Assembly: GCF_018350175.1 (NCBI RefSeq)
Contig: NC_058368.1
Coordinates: 20,524,001-20,588,000 of the forward strand
Direction of reading: 5' to 3'
Origin: Felis catus
Taxonomy: Eukaryota
DNA: 64,000 nucleotides
Shown: positions 23,431 through 37,236 of the stretch, one piece after another
How positions within the stretch are numbered: position 1 is the stretch's first letter
Layout of the letters: every line of letters starts with the position of its first letter
The notes under the pieces: generated by a model
What the model was told of the DNA's origin: nothing
What the model saw: the letters and a program-made list of their open reading frames with translations, nothing else
The model's database searches: none
Made by a program: the position numbers and the translations under genes

Positions 23431-26400
23431 ATGTAAAAATAGGTGAAACTCAAATAAGGTGGTAAATCAGTTAATACTATTGCATTATTGTAAATTTCCT
23501 GGGTTTGATCATTATACTATGTTTACATAAGGTGTTGACATTAGAGGAAGCTGGGTGAAAAGTATATGTAAACTCTATTGCTTTTGCAACTTCTCTATAT
23601 ATTTAAAATCATTCCAAAATTAAAAAGTAAAGAAAAAAAGAAAGAGAAAGAGACCCCGAAGTGACAGAGATGATGCAACCCGTAGACAGGGACATTTAAG
23701 CAACTATTGTAACTATAATGAAATATTTGAGAAGAGAAATGGAAAGACATAAAAAAGAACCAAATGGAGAATCCAGAACTGAAAATTACCATATTTGAAA
23801 TAAAAATTTACTAGCTGAGGTTAATGGAAGATGACACAGAATAAGATAAAGTAAACTTGAAAACACAATGGGAGAACTGTCTAAAATGGAACATAAAACA
23901 AAATCCAGAAACTCAGTGAGAGCACTGGTGGGCTATTATCAAGTGGTCTAACATACGTGTAGATAGAAGTCCTAGAAGCTGAGGGGGTGAGAAGAAAAAA
24001 AAAAAAAGCAGGAAAATATTTAAAGAAACACTGACCAGAAATTTTCCAAATTTGATAAAAAATCACAAATTCAAAGATTCAAGAAGCTCGATAGGCCCAC
24101 AGACAAGTTAGCACAAAGAAACCCACATGAACACATCATAATCAACTTGCTGAAAACTAACAATAAAGAAAAATCTTAAAAGAAGCCAGGGAGGAAAGGG
24201 AACACACTTTATATAAGCTAGAGGAAATACAAAAATTATCACAGATGTCTCATCAGAAATCACACAAGCCACAAGACAATGAATCTTTGGAGGGATCAAA
24301 GAAGTTAAAAAGTTTTTAGTTGGATCAACCAAAAAAACCAAAACAAAACAAAAACAAAAACAAAAAAAGACACGACCAATCAGGTATGAAAAAAGAAAAT
24401 CACTACAGATCCACAGATATAAAAGAGATAATAAAAATATGAGAAACAACTTATGTCAATAAACTTGACAATACAGATGAAACACATATTTCTTTGAAAG
24501 ACAGAAATTACTTAAACTGGTGCACACACACAGAAGAAAATTAGGATAGCTCTCTATCTATTACAGAAATTGAATTAGTAATTAAAAATTTCCCCAGAAA
24601 GAAAATTCCAGGCCCAAATGGCTTCATTTGGTGAATTCTGTCCAACATAAAAGGAAGCAACAATTACTAATCTCATATAAACTCTTTCAGAAAATAGGTG
24701 ATGAGAGGATATTTCTCAATTTATTTTCTAAGGTCAGTTTTACTCTGACACTAAAACTAGACAGAATTATTACAAGTAAGGAAAACCACAGACCAACATC
24801 CTTCATGAACAGAGATACAAAAATCCTTTACAAAATATTAGGAAGTAAAACACAATACTGTATGTGAAAAGAAGAATACACTATAAACCAAGTAGGGTTT
24901 TTCCCAGGAATTTAATGATATTTTAATTTTCCAAAATCAATCATTATACTTCACATATTAAGAGATATTCCTCTATTAAAGGAAAACTACATGATCATCT
25001 CAATAAATTAGGAAAAAAAATGTGGCAAAATTCAATATCCATTCCTGATCAAAACTCTTGGTGAACTGGGGGTAGGAGAGAAATCCACAAAAACCATGCA
25101 CATCGATTGATAGAAGCAATGAGCACATTTTGTGCCTAGATTTTGGTTTCTAAATACCATTCTCCATGATAAGGAACCCTGGATTTTTAGGAAAAAGGCC
25201 GATTCATGGCTTGGGCAGAAGGAGTACCAGAGCCTGGAATAAACTGTCACAGAAGAAGAAAGGAAGTATTAAAGAATAATAGAAACACACCAAGAAGATA
25301 CAGAGGCCAGCTAGAAGGGGCTCCCACTGGCCCTTCTGGGACAATATGAACAACAAAATAATTTAATATAACACAGTGGGCAAAGTAAAAAATCTACAAG
25401 TCCATACTGATATAAATTCATAGATGAAAAATAAGTAGAGAAGGGAAAGCTATTCCTTATTTTTAAAATGCCAGCTAAATAAAAAGAAATAAATATAGAA
25501 GAAATGAAGGAGTTAGAAAAATCACCAGTCAATTCTAAACCTTGTGGGCGAATGTTTGATGAGGAATAGTATAGTTAAAAATCCCAGAGTATTTATCTGT
25601 AAATTATCTATTAATTATAAAGAAAAAAACATTAACTCTACAGTGGATAAACCTGTATCAAAGTTTACCACCACCTTAATCTAGGTGAACATCATTGGTA
25701 TTGGGTCACACTGTGACTCCTGATATGGTGCAATGAGAAAGACACATCATCACCTCCGTGGGTGCCCATTAGGTATCATTCAAATCTAATCAAGAGGAAA
25801 CATTAGGCAAACTCAAAGTACAGAACATTCTACCAAGTAATGGCCTGTATTCAATAATGTCAAGATCAAGTAAGACAAAGAAAAGGTGGGAAGTTCTTCC
25901 AGATTAAAGACTGTAACAACAATGAAAAAGAAGTCTCAGTGCTAGCTGGTTTTATCAAACGTTTTCTTTAATATGTTTCAATACTAGAATATTCCTATGC
26001 AAAATTATTCCTTCCAGAACATTGGTCAATAAGGAAAGGTGGCATAATTCTAACGCTAAACATAACAGCAATATTACTTTTGAATACAGATGCAAAAATT
26101 CTAAGTAAAAGCCCAGAAAAACAAACTGACATGGCTAACCCACATAGAAAGCATACACTATGGTATTCTTTATCTAATGTCAGGTGGAATTTATGGTAGG
26201 AACTCAAGTACAGTTCAATAGTGATAAAAACTCTCTTGTCATCTCAAGAGATGCCAGAAAGATACGATAACAGCCAACACCAATTACTAATTAAAACTTT
26301 AAGGAAACTAAGTATGAAAGGAAATTTCAAAAATAGACATTCCTTATATTAACTACAGCTAGTGTCAGAATTAATGGAAACGTACATTAATCAAATCACA

Positions 26401-27138
26401 AATTAGAATGACTACCATTATTACACTTTAACTGTTCCAGGTATTAACCCATGTAAAAGGACATAAAAGATATAAGAGATATAATAATTAGAGTTACACA
26501 CAATTTTTTGAAGATACGTATCTTATGCATCAAAACCCCAATATGAATATAATAAAAATATTTAAATTAATAGTTTAGTAAATTGGTCATTTAAAAGATA
26601 AATATGTAAAACTGTAAAACTTTGCCAGAAAATAGCCAGTTAGAAGATCTAACTAAAGGAAAAAAAAAAAAAGATTTCATTAATAGCAACAAAAATACCT
26701 TAGAGATATGCCTTAAGAGAAATATCTAGAACCTATATGGAGATGGAGAACCAAATGTTAGTGAAAGGTACAGTTAGGATTTTAGGAAATACGTAAAACT
26801 ACTACATGCCTGAATAACAACAATGAATTTTATAAACACATCTGTTTGTCTCCAAATATTACTGATTTAACAACATCTCAATAGAAATCTCATTGGAGCT
26901 TATTCTTAGAACCTGACAAGATAATCCAACAGATCCAATGGAAAAATAAACAGGTGAGAAAACAATTAAATTAGAACTTTGTCTCACAGCACATTTAAAC
27001 ACAAATTCTGTAGATGATTTAAGTAATTAAATATAAAACAAAAAATTAATTATTGAAAAATTAGAAGAAAATAAGTGGTTAACCTTCCTGCAAAGGGAAA
27101 CATCCTTCTAAGTATAACATCAATATAAAGGAAAAGTT

Positions 27139-27141
<3 letters not shown>

Positions 27142-27177
<36 letters not shown>
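27142..27177. repeat. (CA)n microsatellite
   Basis: Direct observation. Confidence 0.95.
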
Positions 27178-27180
<3 letters not shown>

Positions 27181-27349
27181 TACTTAAAAACCAAAACCAT
27201 CTGCATGACAAAAAAGTCATACACAAAATTAAAGACAATTTACAGGTCAAGAAAAAAATTAACAATGAATATAGTGGACAAACAAGAATGTCTTTAAGTT
27301 ATAGAATATCTTTAGGGTCCATAAGAAAAATACTGACACTCCAACAATT

Positions 27350-27567
27350 AAAAAAAAATTTTTTTTAATGTTTATTTATTTTTGAGACAGTGAGAGACAG
27401 AGCATGAACAGGGGAGGGTCAGAGAGAGGGAGACACAGAATCTGACGCAGGCTCCAGGCTCTGAGCCGTCAGCACAGAGCCCGACGTGGGGCTCGAACTC
27501 ACGGACAGCGAGATCATGACCTGAGCTAAAGTCAGCCGCTTAACCAACTGAGCCACCCAGGCGCCCC
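27350..27567 (-). mobile_element. SINEC_Fc
   Basis: TSD gacactccaacaatt at 27335-27349 and 27568-27582. Confidence 0.97.
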
Positions 27568-27914
27568 GACACTCCAACAATTTAACAGAGGACATAATCA
27601 GGCAATTCTCTATAAGATGACAAATGGTGAAGGAAATGTGAAAAAATATTAAATATTATTACTAATTAGGGAAATGTGAATTAAAACCACAATAAAATGC
27701 CTTTTTCCCCACTTATTTGCAAAGATAACATTCAAAGCTAACCAGGTGGCATGAATAAGACAAGAACTGATACTACCATATGATACAGTACAAGATCCCA
27801 TACACTTTCTGTGAAAGATCTTCCCGTAAGTATGTATTTGGAAAGTTTAGTTATAAACTGTGAAGCCCACATCTAAAAATCCATTCTAAGGGAGAACTAA
27901 ACGTTTTGAACAAA

Positions 27915-28410
27915 GGGCACCCGGCTGGCTTAATCAGTTGAGCATCTGACTTCGGCTCCGGTCATGATCTTGCAGTCCGTGAGTTTAAGACCCTCTTCGG
28001 GCTCTGTGCTGACAGCTCACAGAGCCTGGAGCCCACTTCGGATTCTGTGTCTCCCTTCCTCTTTGCTCCCCCTCCCCCCACCCCCGCTTATTCTCTCTCT
28101 CGCCTGCTCTCTCTTGCTCTTGCTCTCTCTCAAAAATAAGTAAATAGGGGCGCCTGGGTGGCGCAGTCGGTTAAGTGTCCGATTTCAGCCAGGTCACGAT
28201 CTCGCGGTCCGTGAGTTTGAGCCCCGCGTCAGGCTCTGGGCTGATGGCTCAGAGCCTAGAGCCTGTTTCCGATTCTGTGTCTCCCTCTCTCTCTGCCCCT
28301 CCCCCGTTCATGCTCTGTCTCTCTCTGTCCCAAAAATAAATAAACGTTGAAAAAAAAAATTAAAAAAAAATAAGTAAATAAACATTAAAAAAATAAAAAA
28401 ATAAATAAAG
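27915..28410 (+). mobile_element. Can-SINE with a young SINEC_Fc (28147 to ~28365) nested in its tail
   Basis: Second SINE head inside the A-rich tail; aaaaataagtaaata duplicated on both sides of the inner copy. Confidence 0.93.
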
Positions 28411-28527
28411 GCTTGGACAAATATTTACTTATAATGTAATTCTTCAAACAGTGAAACAGTGTAAGTAATCTAAATGTCATGGTCATGAACTAATCAAGTA
28501 TCCAAATAATTTAAAATGACCATCATT

Positions 28528-28747
28528 TAAAAAAAATTTTTTTTTAATGTTTTATTTATTTTTGAGACAGGGAGAGACAGAGCATGAACAGGGGAGGGTC
28601 AGAGAGAGGGAGACACAGAATCTGAAACAGGCTCCAGGCTCTGAGCTGTCAGCACAGAGCCCGACGCGGGGCTCGAACTCACGGACCGCGAGATCACGAC
28701 CTGAGCCGAAGTTGGCCGCTTAACCGACTGAGCCACCCAGGCGCCCC
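28528..28747 (-). mobile_element. SINEC_Fc
   Basis: TSD taaaatgaccatcattt. Confidence 0.97.
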
Positions 28748-29358
28748 TAAAATGACCATCATTTAAAAAGCATATTTATGAAAAATACTTTGGCAGCCTG
28801 GGAAAATGCTCACGAAATTATGTTGTCAAGGAAAAAGATTATAAAATTACTACTACGATTCCTTAAAAAATTATTCTTATAAAAACACATGCCATATTAT
28901 CTCCAGCCAGTGTCAAGGTGGGAGATTCGAGTTTTAATTTTATACTTTTCTCTATTTTCTGCAAAGAACAGGTACTCATAAAACAGACAGTGTTAAACAA
29001 AAGATTTACCAAAAACTAAAGGCTTTTAGAAAACTAGTAGTTTCTGACAGCTGTTATCTGAATTCTCTTGGTACCCTGAAAACCAGATTGCTACAGGTAC
29101 CATGTGGCAAAGTTGTGCAAAATTACAGGCATACACTCAAATATGGTCACATGTTCATTTATTGAGGAAACTGTGAGGCTAGCTACAGATCAGCTCTGTT
29201 CACTTGATGACTTTTCATGATGTCAGACAAGACTCTGAAGGCCACAGGCCATGAAGTTACCCAATTACTTTCCCACATTTTGTTCAGAAACACAAAAATC
29301 AAATGCCAAGAAATGTTCGACTCTGAAAATTGCCCTCATTTTAAAAAAGTTTTTTTGT

Positions 29359-29364
29359 TTTATT
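29359..29364 (-). promoter_or_regulatory. Candidate RNASEH2B polyadenylation signal (second candidate at 29158-29163)
   Basis: AATAAA on the minus strand about 110 and 310 nt after the stop codon. Confidence 0.5.
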
Positions 29365-29473
29365 TTTTCAAAAGGTGGTAATTAAGGGTCAGGAGGTAGA
29401 GTGGCATGGAGGAAGGACAAAAACGGAACCTGGAAGAGGCGAATATTTTTTGCTAGATTTCAGTTTCAAAGTT

Positions 29474-29590
29474 TCAAGTCTTTTCAATTTTTTTTTTATT
29501 TTTTGCAGCGAAAAAGGAATCAATACTTTTCATTCCACTCTTGTCAACTTTAGCCAAAGCCTTCTGAGCTGCGGTCATTTTGTTATTTTT
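29474..29590 (-). CDS. RNASEH2B: Ribonuclease H2 subunit B, exon 11 (last; PIP box)
   Basis: tccttaacAG acceptor; 117 nt: [44 protein letters not shown] box MKSIDSFF. Confidence 0.97.
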   Translation of the reverse strand, partial: KNNKMTAAQKALAKVDKSGMKSIDSFFAAKNKKKIEKT

Positions 29591-31288
29591 CTGTTAAGGA
29601 AAATAAGAGAACAATTGTTACAAATGTAACGTTTATGAATCATACATGCAAATCAAACAAGACCACGCATGTCTCAAGGTTCATTAAGAGAAGTATTTGC
29701 TGGTAACGTGCTTCATAAGGGAATGATAATTTTTTTTTTAAGTTCTGATTTCTATTCAGAATTCAGACCTAAGACACAAAATACGTTAAAAGAACCAGGA
29801 CGCAAAACGGCCGCCTTCTAAGGAGGGGAATGTTGCAACCAATGGTTTACTTTAGGGGAGTAATTCTGGAGGGTGTTTTCAGTGCAATAACACCAACAAA
29901 GGAACTGACATAGGCTGCGGTTGTCAGAGGAGGAATTACAGCCTGGTATTACAGCACAATGAATAATTCACAACAATTTACTGTTCGAGTTTATTCATAG
30001 GCTCTCCGGGAAACCAAGGCCAACACTATAATATTCAAAAGATAACCTGTACTGCAGAGCATCCCGGACCAGCAGGACCACTGCCCTGGGATTCCTCCAA
30101 CTAAGAACTTTTCAAAAAGGTGACTTCAAGTGACTCTGCCTTTTAAATTTCTATCTCTTTATGGTCACTGTATGTTTTGTTTTGGTTTGTTGCCACATCC
30201 TGGAACGGGCACTAACAGGAGGTAAATAGTAGCCGAGTTTCCTTCAGTGCATCATAACTTCTCAGCAGAAGCATACGCGATGGGAAGCAGCGAAGGAAAA
30301 AAATTCCTGTGTCTCCCTGTGAACTGTGAGATAGTCATTGACAGAGAACCTTTTAAGGGCACGGTGTCTGATCCCTGAAACCTTGCTTCTCACGTTCTGT
30401 ACTTCTATTTTAGAAGGCTTATTTTCTCACGGGATGGTGAAAAGTGGCAGTCTCTTCGAGACAAGTTATCCCCTGTTTTTAACAGACAGCCGGGTCCAGC
30501 CCCTCATTTCCCTGGGGCGGTGCCCAAATAGATACAACAGAAAGCAGCAGTTCCAAGGGTGGGGCAGAAGCAGTTCTCACAGAGAATGCCAAAACTTCCC
30601 TGCTTACAGAAGCCATTGAGGTGACCAGCTGTCTTGCCAGATCTCAACCTGGATTTTCCCCTGACGTCACATGCCCAGATGAATTATGTATAGATCAAAG
30701 AAGAAAATTATAAAAAAACCCATTAAGCTCTAAGGTGGGGGGGGGGTTAAATGTTAAAATCCAAGTGGAAGTTAATTTATCTTGGATTGGGCAAGGTCTT
30801 TTTAAGCATAAAAATAATGAGAAAATCACAAGAAGAAACAATTCCTATTATTTAATCCTCAGAAAAACTTAAAGCTGTTAAAAAATCAAATGAAAAGGAT
30901 AAACACAGATTAGAAAATTATTTGTACCCTATTTCATATTAGTAATTACGGTCCTCGTCATAAGTTCCGGGAAGCTTCCAGGCAGTAGAGTTGACAAAAA
31001 ATGACCTGTGGAGGCCCCCTCTCTTTGTGCCCCCCTACTCTTAATATAGAGCAAAGGGTAGGCACACTCTGGCTAAGCATATTGCCTTCGTGCCTCCCAA
31101 GTCTTCTTGACTTGCCATATCCATTGCCATTCACAATTTTGAATTACTGAGTCGCAGAAATGCAAGTTAACAATTCTTCATGGTTAAAACTGTAAAATCA
31201 CCATCAAGCATGTAATTGTTCCTACGTGTCCTCATGCAGGATCACCTACGGGATCCAAGAATATGCCACTACAGCTGGACACACATAC

Positions 31289-31369
31289 CTTTTCAGTCTT
31301 CCAATCTTTCCTGTTAAACTTAGTGTAATCTTCTTTTGCTTCTACAGGCTCATCAGATAACTTTACTTT
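31289..31369 (-). CDS. RNASEH2B: RNase H2 subunit B, exon 10
   Basis: 81 nt, [31 protein letters not shown]. Confidence 0.97.
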
Positions 31370-33787
31370 CTGCAATGTTAGAGCAGTAAAGTGGTATAAA
31401 ATGTCACCTCGACACATCACTCCATTTTTAAGAAAACAACAGGGCCAATCTGGACCCACATCAAGGCCAAATGGAACAACAGACCCGGCAAAGGGCTTTA
31501 CTTTGCATTTTGCCAACTGTCTGGGGAATGAAGCCACACGTCCCTTCTGAAAAGCAGCCTTGGTGATGGGGGGATATGATCAGGTGAGCCCACGACCCAG
31601 CTCCTTGGGCAGTCTAGTGGTACTGATCACATATTTTGTATGTACCAGGACCAGGAGGCATCTAGGTGACTGCTGACTTCCAGGACAGTCTAACGGGGTG
31701 AAGGCAGGCACAGGGGTCAAAGACAAGAATTTCCTTTAAGGGGGCCAGGTGTCCAGCCAGAACCCCCACTGCGTTCACCATCTGGGCTGGTGTAACGTCC
31801 ACTGAGGAAGAAGGCACACCATGATTCTGTTGTTACCATTTTTGTATAGCTTCATGATCTTACCTCCTTTCAACTGAACTCTCTCAGTTTGTCCACACAA
31901 GGACAACCTTGCAAAGCATGAAGCCAGCAGAAGGAAGCACAGAGAGACTAAACAAATGATCAAGGCCACCTAGTAGAGGACAAGGGCTGGGATCTCCGTT
32001 TCTTAACACGTGCTCTTTCCATGAGGCCCGGTGCAACCAAGCCCACCTCTACCTCATATTTTCATCATCCACATGAGCCTCGTGCACCAAGGAATGGGAG
32101 AACCTTGTCAAGAGCTAGACTGTGGCCTTAATGGTCCCATTATAGAAGGAATCGTGACACATTTACTAGGTAAAAGGCACACAACAGGGCAGGGAAGTCT
32201 TGATGATTAACGCAGAGAACTAACTGCACAGTGACCACAACCTGGTCTTCTATAGATCTTTGGGTTCTTTGTGGAGATACTGGGTTGACAAGATCTAACG
32301 TGACTCTTCCCTGGGAAATGCAGATTTGTTCCCGGCTTCCCTCTTCATATCCCAGCTTTTGCTAAACAAAGAACTGCAGGGCTAGGGCTAAAAGATACCC
32401 TGGCACATGAATGAAACCCAAGGGGATAAAACAACAGGTCTTGAAATACTTCATTCTAAACAAGGGCGGGGGAGGGGGAGCGGTTCTGGGAATCTATAAT
32501 ATGTGACACTCAAAAAAAAAAAACAGGGGCATCCTGGAAATCTATAAGGCAAAACCTTCTCTTGGGCACACCACAATCTAAGAAGGGAACCTTCAAAAGA
32601 AAAAGACTAGCTTATCACGAATGAACTACCTACCAGCAAAGTATGTATACAAGGAACTTAAGAATACATGTTTCTACTTAAATTAAGATCAGTAAGGGGT
32701 ATTTAGGTGATGCATATTTTTACTAGAAAAGTCTCTTCAGCCAGGAGAGTGGAACTCGCAGGGAATAACGATGAAGGCTCGGATGCAAACTACAAAAAGC
32801 TTAACGTTATAAGGTGGTTTGCTTTCCTTCTCTGTGGCAAAATGTTCTACAGATGTCATTATAAACCCTTGGGCGTATTTACTTTTCACTGAAAAGGAAG
32901 TCAAATGAAAAATGTTCAAGGTAAAGGTTAAGATGAAAAGTGCTTCTTCACAAATATAAAATGTTTCGTCAGATGACTGACTTGTCCAGGTGTTTTAATG
33001 GCTCACTGCTAAGCAAGACACCAGTTGTCAGTGCTCACAATAACAGAAATTGATTGTGGAAGGCTCTGCCTGGAATTTTCTTGTGTTATTCACAGCTCAC
33101 GTTGAATACCCTTGAGAGAGTCATAGTTTGTTACACTCACTTGAATGTTTGTTATTTAAAAGACCAAATCACTACAGGTTTGGAGGGATGTTTCAGAAGA
33201 AACAGAAAAGGGCTCAGAAAGACAGTAACAAAGGGTATGACTAAGCGGGTACAGTTCTGGAAAGAGAGGGGGCAAACAGGAGAGTACCACAGGGATTCAT
33301 GCTAGGATGGTCTGATTCTTACAAATGAGCTGCAAGGATCTCAGGAGCGTCTCCAACCTACTGACTGCATTCGGCTCTGCCAGCTGCCAGCGATAAATTC
33401 AAAGGATGGAAGGGGGCGACGGGTGGAAGCAGGGCTTCAATACAGGCAAACATGTGATAGTAAGAAAATAATGCGAAACATATTAAGGATGACAGGCTTC
33501 GTGCCATCATTACAGACAAAGATACCTAATAGCCACTGGAACGTATTTCCTGAAAACGGTCAACTCTATTACTGTAAAAATCAATCAAATCCTGGACGCA
33601 GACAAGAAAGCTAGCAGAAGACATTACCCTAAGCCTGTTTAAGCCGTGGTACATCATCCAGTGCAGTTCGCACTCTGCACGCCGGAGCCCCAGGAAGACA
33701 CAATAGACCGGGAGACCTCAAAAAGCAACTAAACAATCCAGGAGATGAGGCTGAGATTTAGGGGAAACAGGACTGGGAGATCTAAAT

Positions 33788-34007
33788 CAGGGCTTGGCAA
33801 ACCGCCCGCAGGCCAAGCCCTGCCGGCCGCCTGTTTTTATAAATGAAGTTTGGCTGGAACACGGCCGCCCGCCTTCGTTTATGAATCGTCTGTGGCTGTC
33901 TCTGTGCTACCACAGCAGGGCTGAGCAGTTGTGACAGAAACCAGCTGCTCCGTGAAGCCTCAAGTATTCACTCTCTGGCCTTTGCAGAGTAAGTCTGCTG
34001 ACCTCCG
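33788..34007 (+). mobile_element. MER58A-like hAT-Charlie MITE
   Basis: 220 bp; starts cagggcttggcaaac, ends gtctgctgacctccg; perfect 8-bp TSD atctaaat at 33780-33787 and 34008-34015. Confidence 0.9.
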
Positions 34008-35235
34008 ATCTAAATCATAAATGATGAATGACATCACAAATGATTTACATTTTGGAAATTAAAATAGGAAAACAGAAAACCGGGTTAAAAGCAAACGTAT
34101 GAAATGCATTACCCCGGATGCTATCAGAGGCCAAAAGCTTCAAGAACAGGCTTCGATCTGTTCACGAATGATCTCTAAGTTACTATGGAAGACGGATATT
34201 TGGGAGAAAGATGCTTAGGTTTTGGAAGGAGAGATATGAGAGAGAAACGGATATGCCCATCTCCTTAGTTACAGGAAGGCAATCATGTCTCTGTCCCCTA
34301 GAGCTACTTACTGTCAGAGATTAACTACCAGACTGGAAGAAGTGTGGGTCTGACCTAGAATGACCTTAGCAACTGACCTCTGCCCAGTGCTATTCCTCCA
34401 GAGAAAAGGATGCCCCTCCTCGGACGATCTGCTGAAAATGGCCCATAGCTACTACTGATGCACTTTAACAGGACATGATACAAAACAAACAAACAAAAAC
34501 GACCCCGAGTATGTTGGCCATCGTGAAGGCCGGGAAGACAGAAAGTGCTTTAACATCCATGACGTGTCCACTGTACATTCTCAGGGCATCCGTTATTCTG
34601 TTGGCAGGAGAATGGCCTCACTGACAAGCTGGTGCATGTGTTTATTTCCCTGTCTCTGAGCAGTGCTCGCTTGTCTGAGATCAGGCCTGGACGGAGGGAC
34701 GCCGCAGTGTGCCATCAGGTGTGGTTCATGGCTGCCTTCTCTACTCTCTGTATCTGGGAGACAAAAACAGGCTGCGGCCCACGGAGCAGGGGAGCGGCGG
34801 GTGGTGGTCGGAGAGCAGCTGGGAGAGGAAGGGTTTTGTGCAACACAGAAGTTGCGTTGATCATTTCAAGAGGAGGGAAAAAAAAAGTTTGGCTATCTTT
34901 GTTCAAAGGATTCTCTGTGTTACAAAAATCATGCTCTGCTCACCTCTGTGCCAGTAACGATTAGATCTGGCAAAGTGAGTTTAAGTTATACATGGAGTCT
35001 TCCTGATGATTAATAAAGTTAATTACAGGATCTGGCTGACTCAAGAAGATTTCGTCACGTATCTATAAGACTTTTATGTAGGTATCTGGCTAAAACCAGC
35101 TCTTATCTGGTTTTCACAGCACTTTATCATTCAGGTAAAATCTACAAAAATAAAAAGTGCCGATGGACAGCTCATTACAATCTTTCATCCATACAACATC
35201 AGTCCATGCAAGGTGGATTTAGAAAGCTTTAAAAT

Positions 35236-35444
35236 GGGGGTGCCTGGGTGGCTTAGTCGGTTAAGCATCCGACTCTTATCTCGGCTCAGGTCACCATCTC
35301 ACAGTTTGTGAGTTTGAGCCCCGTGTCGGGCTCTGCACTGATGGCTCAGAGCCTGCTTAGGATTCTCTCTCTCCCTCTCTCTCTCTGCCCCTCCCCTGCT
35401 TGTGCTCTCTCCCTCTCAAAATAAATAAACTTAAAAAAAAAAAA
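35236..35444 (+). mobile_element. Can-SINE
   Basis: Near-perfect TSD aaagcttt(a/c)aaatg. Confidence 0.95.
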
Positions 35445-35538
35445 AGCTTTCAAATGTGCTAGAACAAACTAAACTTATGTGGTAAAAATGAAATATTTTT
35501 CCAAGTGCCCCAAAGATAGCTTAGTCACAGCTCCTTAC

Positions 35539-35581
35539 CTTTGATGGAGGGTTTGGCAATGAAGCTGAAGGTTCTGGAAGC
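35539..35581 (-). CDS. RNASEH2B: RNase H2 subunit B, exon 9
   Basis: 43 nt, AG/GT; (K)LPEPSASLPNPPSK. Confidence 0.97.
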
Positions 35582-36188
35582 CTAAGGAGTGAAAAATAAG
35601 AATCATAGTCATTGTTTTTCATAGACAAGCAAACAGAGAGTCTGGGCCAGCTTAGGACTTACAAGTCCCACTTTTAGGGAATAGCTTCACCTCCATGTAT
35701 CTGACTGTACAATTGCCTCAGTGAAAGGAATGAAATTTCTCTAAATGAAGAAATCTTCATTTTCCTTGTAGTGAAACTGTCTGAACTAAAAAACAAAATT
35801 AGAACTCATTGTTGAAATGGAATTGCTTTACTTTAGCCTCCAGAAATTTGCATTCTGGCATTGTAGGATTTTTTTTTTTCTTCAAAAACGACGAATGCAG
35901 CACATATATGAAATTGAAAATCATTTTAATTGTTGACAAAAAGTCACACAAACTTTACTTTTCTTCAATTAAAGGGAAGTTTAATTGACCTATCTTTCTC
36001 CCCAAATCTTCAAACACTTCAGGGTAAAGAAAAGAATCTAAAAAATAATGGGAGTACAGAGACATAGGTCTCCAATGAGACAAACAGGCACTGAGAAATC
36101 CAGGGAAATATTAAACAGAAAGACAGGGTTATCGATTGAAAGCAGGCTTTGCAAGCACTTTAACTACACTAGAAACCAGTTCCCACTG

Positions 36189-36393
36189 TTTTTTTTTTTT
36201 TTTTTTTAAGTTTATTTTTGAGAGAGATGGCGACGGCGTGAGTTGGGGAGGGGCAGAGAGCGAGGGGGAGAGAGAGAGAGAATCCCAAGCAGACTCTGTG
36301 CCACAGCACAGAGCCCGATGCATGAGATCATGACCAGAGCTGAAACCAAGAGTTGGGTGGATGCCTAACCGACTGAGCCACCCAGGCGCCCCC
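36189..36393 (-). mobile_element. Can-SINE
   Basis: Antisense SINE with poly-T; cccactg repeated on the flanks. Confidence 0.93.
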
Positions 36394-37154
36394 ACTGATT
36401 GTTTTTTAAAGTAGGACCTAAGTCATTTGCTAAAAACAGCAACTATGCATCTGTTAAGAAGTCGCTTTATGTTTATGTATCAGAGGAGAAAGCTACTAGA
36501 AGAATCAGGGAAAGCTATTATCACACCCATAAAATCTTAACAATAGTTGCTAAAATCTAGAAAATAAACACATTCTTTTCAGCCTAAGGTAAAGTCTTTA
36601 TAGTATATTAAATATCTTTATGAAGGACATAACACAAATCAGGTCCTTCTTAAACCCGTTTTCTGCCCTCTGACACAGATTGTGTTTCATCCTTTCAGCT
36701 TCAAGCGCTGGGCAAAATGAAGGTATTTGGTGAGTATCCAATGACGGTAAATATGGTACAAAGCCTTTACATGTAGCTTTCAAGAATATTCCACATGCCA
36801 TCTCTTCTTTCCTTCTAACCTTTATTTCTCTTAAAATCATCACAAAGAACCAAATTAGTTAAGTGTAACCGGGGATCAATTTTAATACCGTTTACCCTCT
36901 AAAATCATACCAATCCAAAAATCCAGTCCTAACATTCACAAGTTTCCACAATCAGTATCCACAAATCAATTTGTTCCAATCCACCAGTGTCCACTAAAAA
37001 TTATCTTCAAACCACACGGTCCAGGAGGTAAGTCGAGAATACTCTCTTATCAAAAATAGTGATGTGATGTGATGAGCCATAAAGAACCTATTGCTGGGAG
37101 ACCAGGAAGCACCGAGGTACTTCCTAATTACGACTTTAGAGGAATGATACTTAC

Positions 37155-37236
37155 TTTAAATATTTACACAGGTCGTCACTGAGTTCTCTAGGGATGTAAT
37201 CAGATACCAGACCATGGGCATAACAAATATAATCCT
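37155..37236 (-). CDS. RNASEH2B: RNase H2 subunit B, exon 8
   Basis: 82 nt, AG/GT; (E)[26 protein letters not shown](K). Confidence 0.97.

Larger units (their letters stand above)
23060..27900 (+). mobile_element. Patchwork of old L1M fragments (L1MC/MD/ME-like 3' ends and ORF1/ORF2 remnants) with SINE insertions
   Basis: A-rich sense L1 motifs (aattccaggcccaaatggcttca, ccacagaccaacatccttcatgaacagagatacaaaaatcct, aaaattcaatatccattcctgat); many stops and frameshifts. Confidence 0.8.

Noticed and set aside
24628..24867. L1 ORF2-like peptide (KENHRPTSFMNRDTKILYKIL)
   Set aside because: Real L1 reverse-transcriptase-region homology, but a short decayed fragment of an ancient element; not an active gene.
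31232..31537. 101-aa ORF containing [16 protein letters not shown]
   Set aside because: Only 31289-31369 is exonic (RNASEH2B exon 10) and the rest is intronic read-through. The same applies to ORF 60613-60855 (exon 3).
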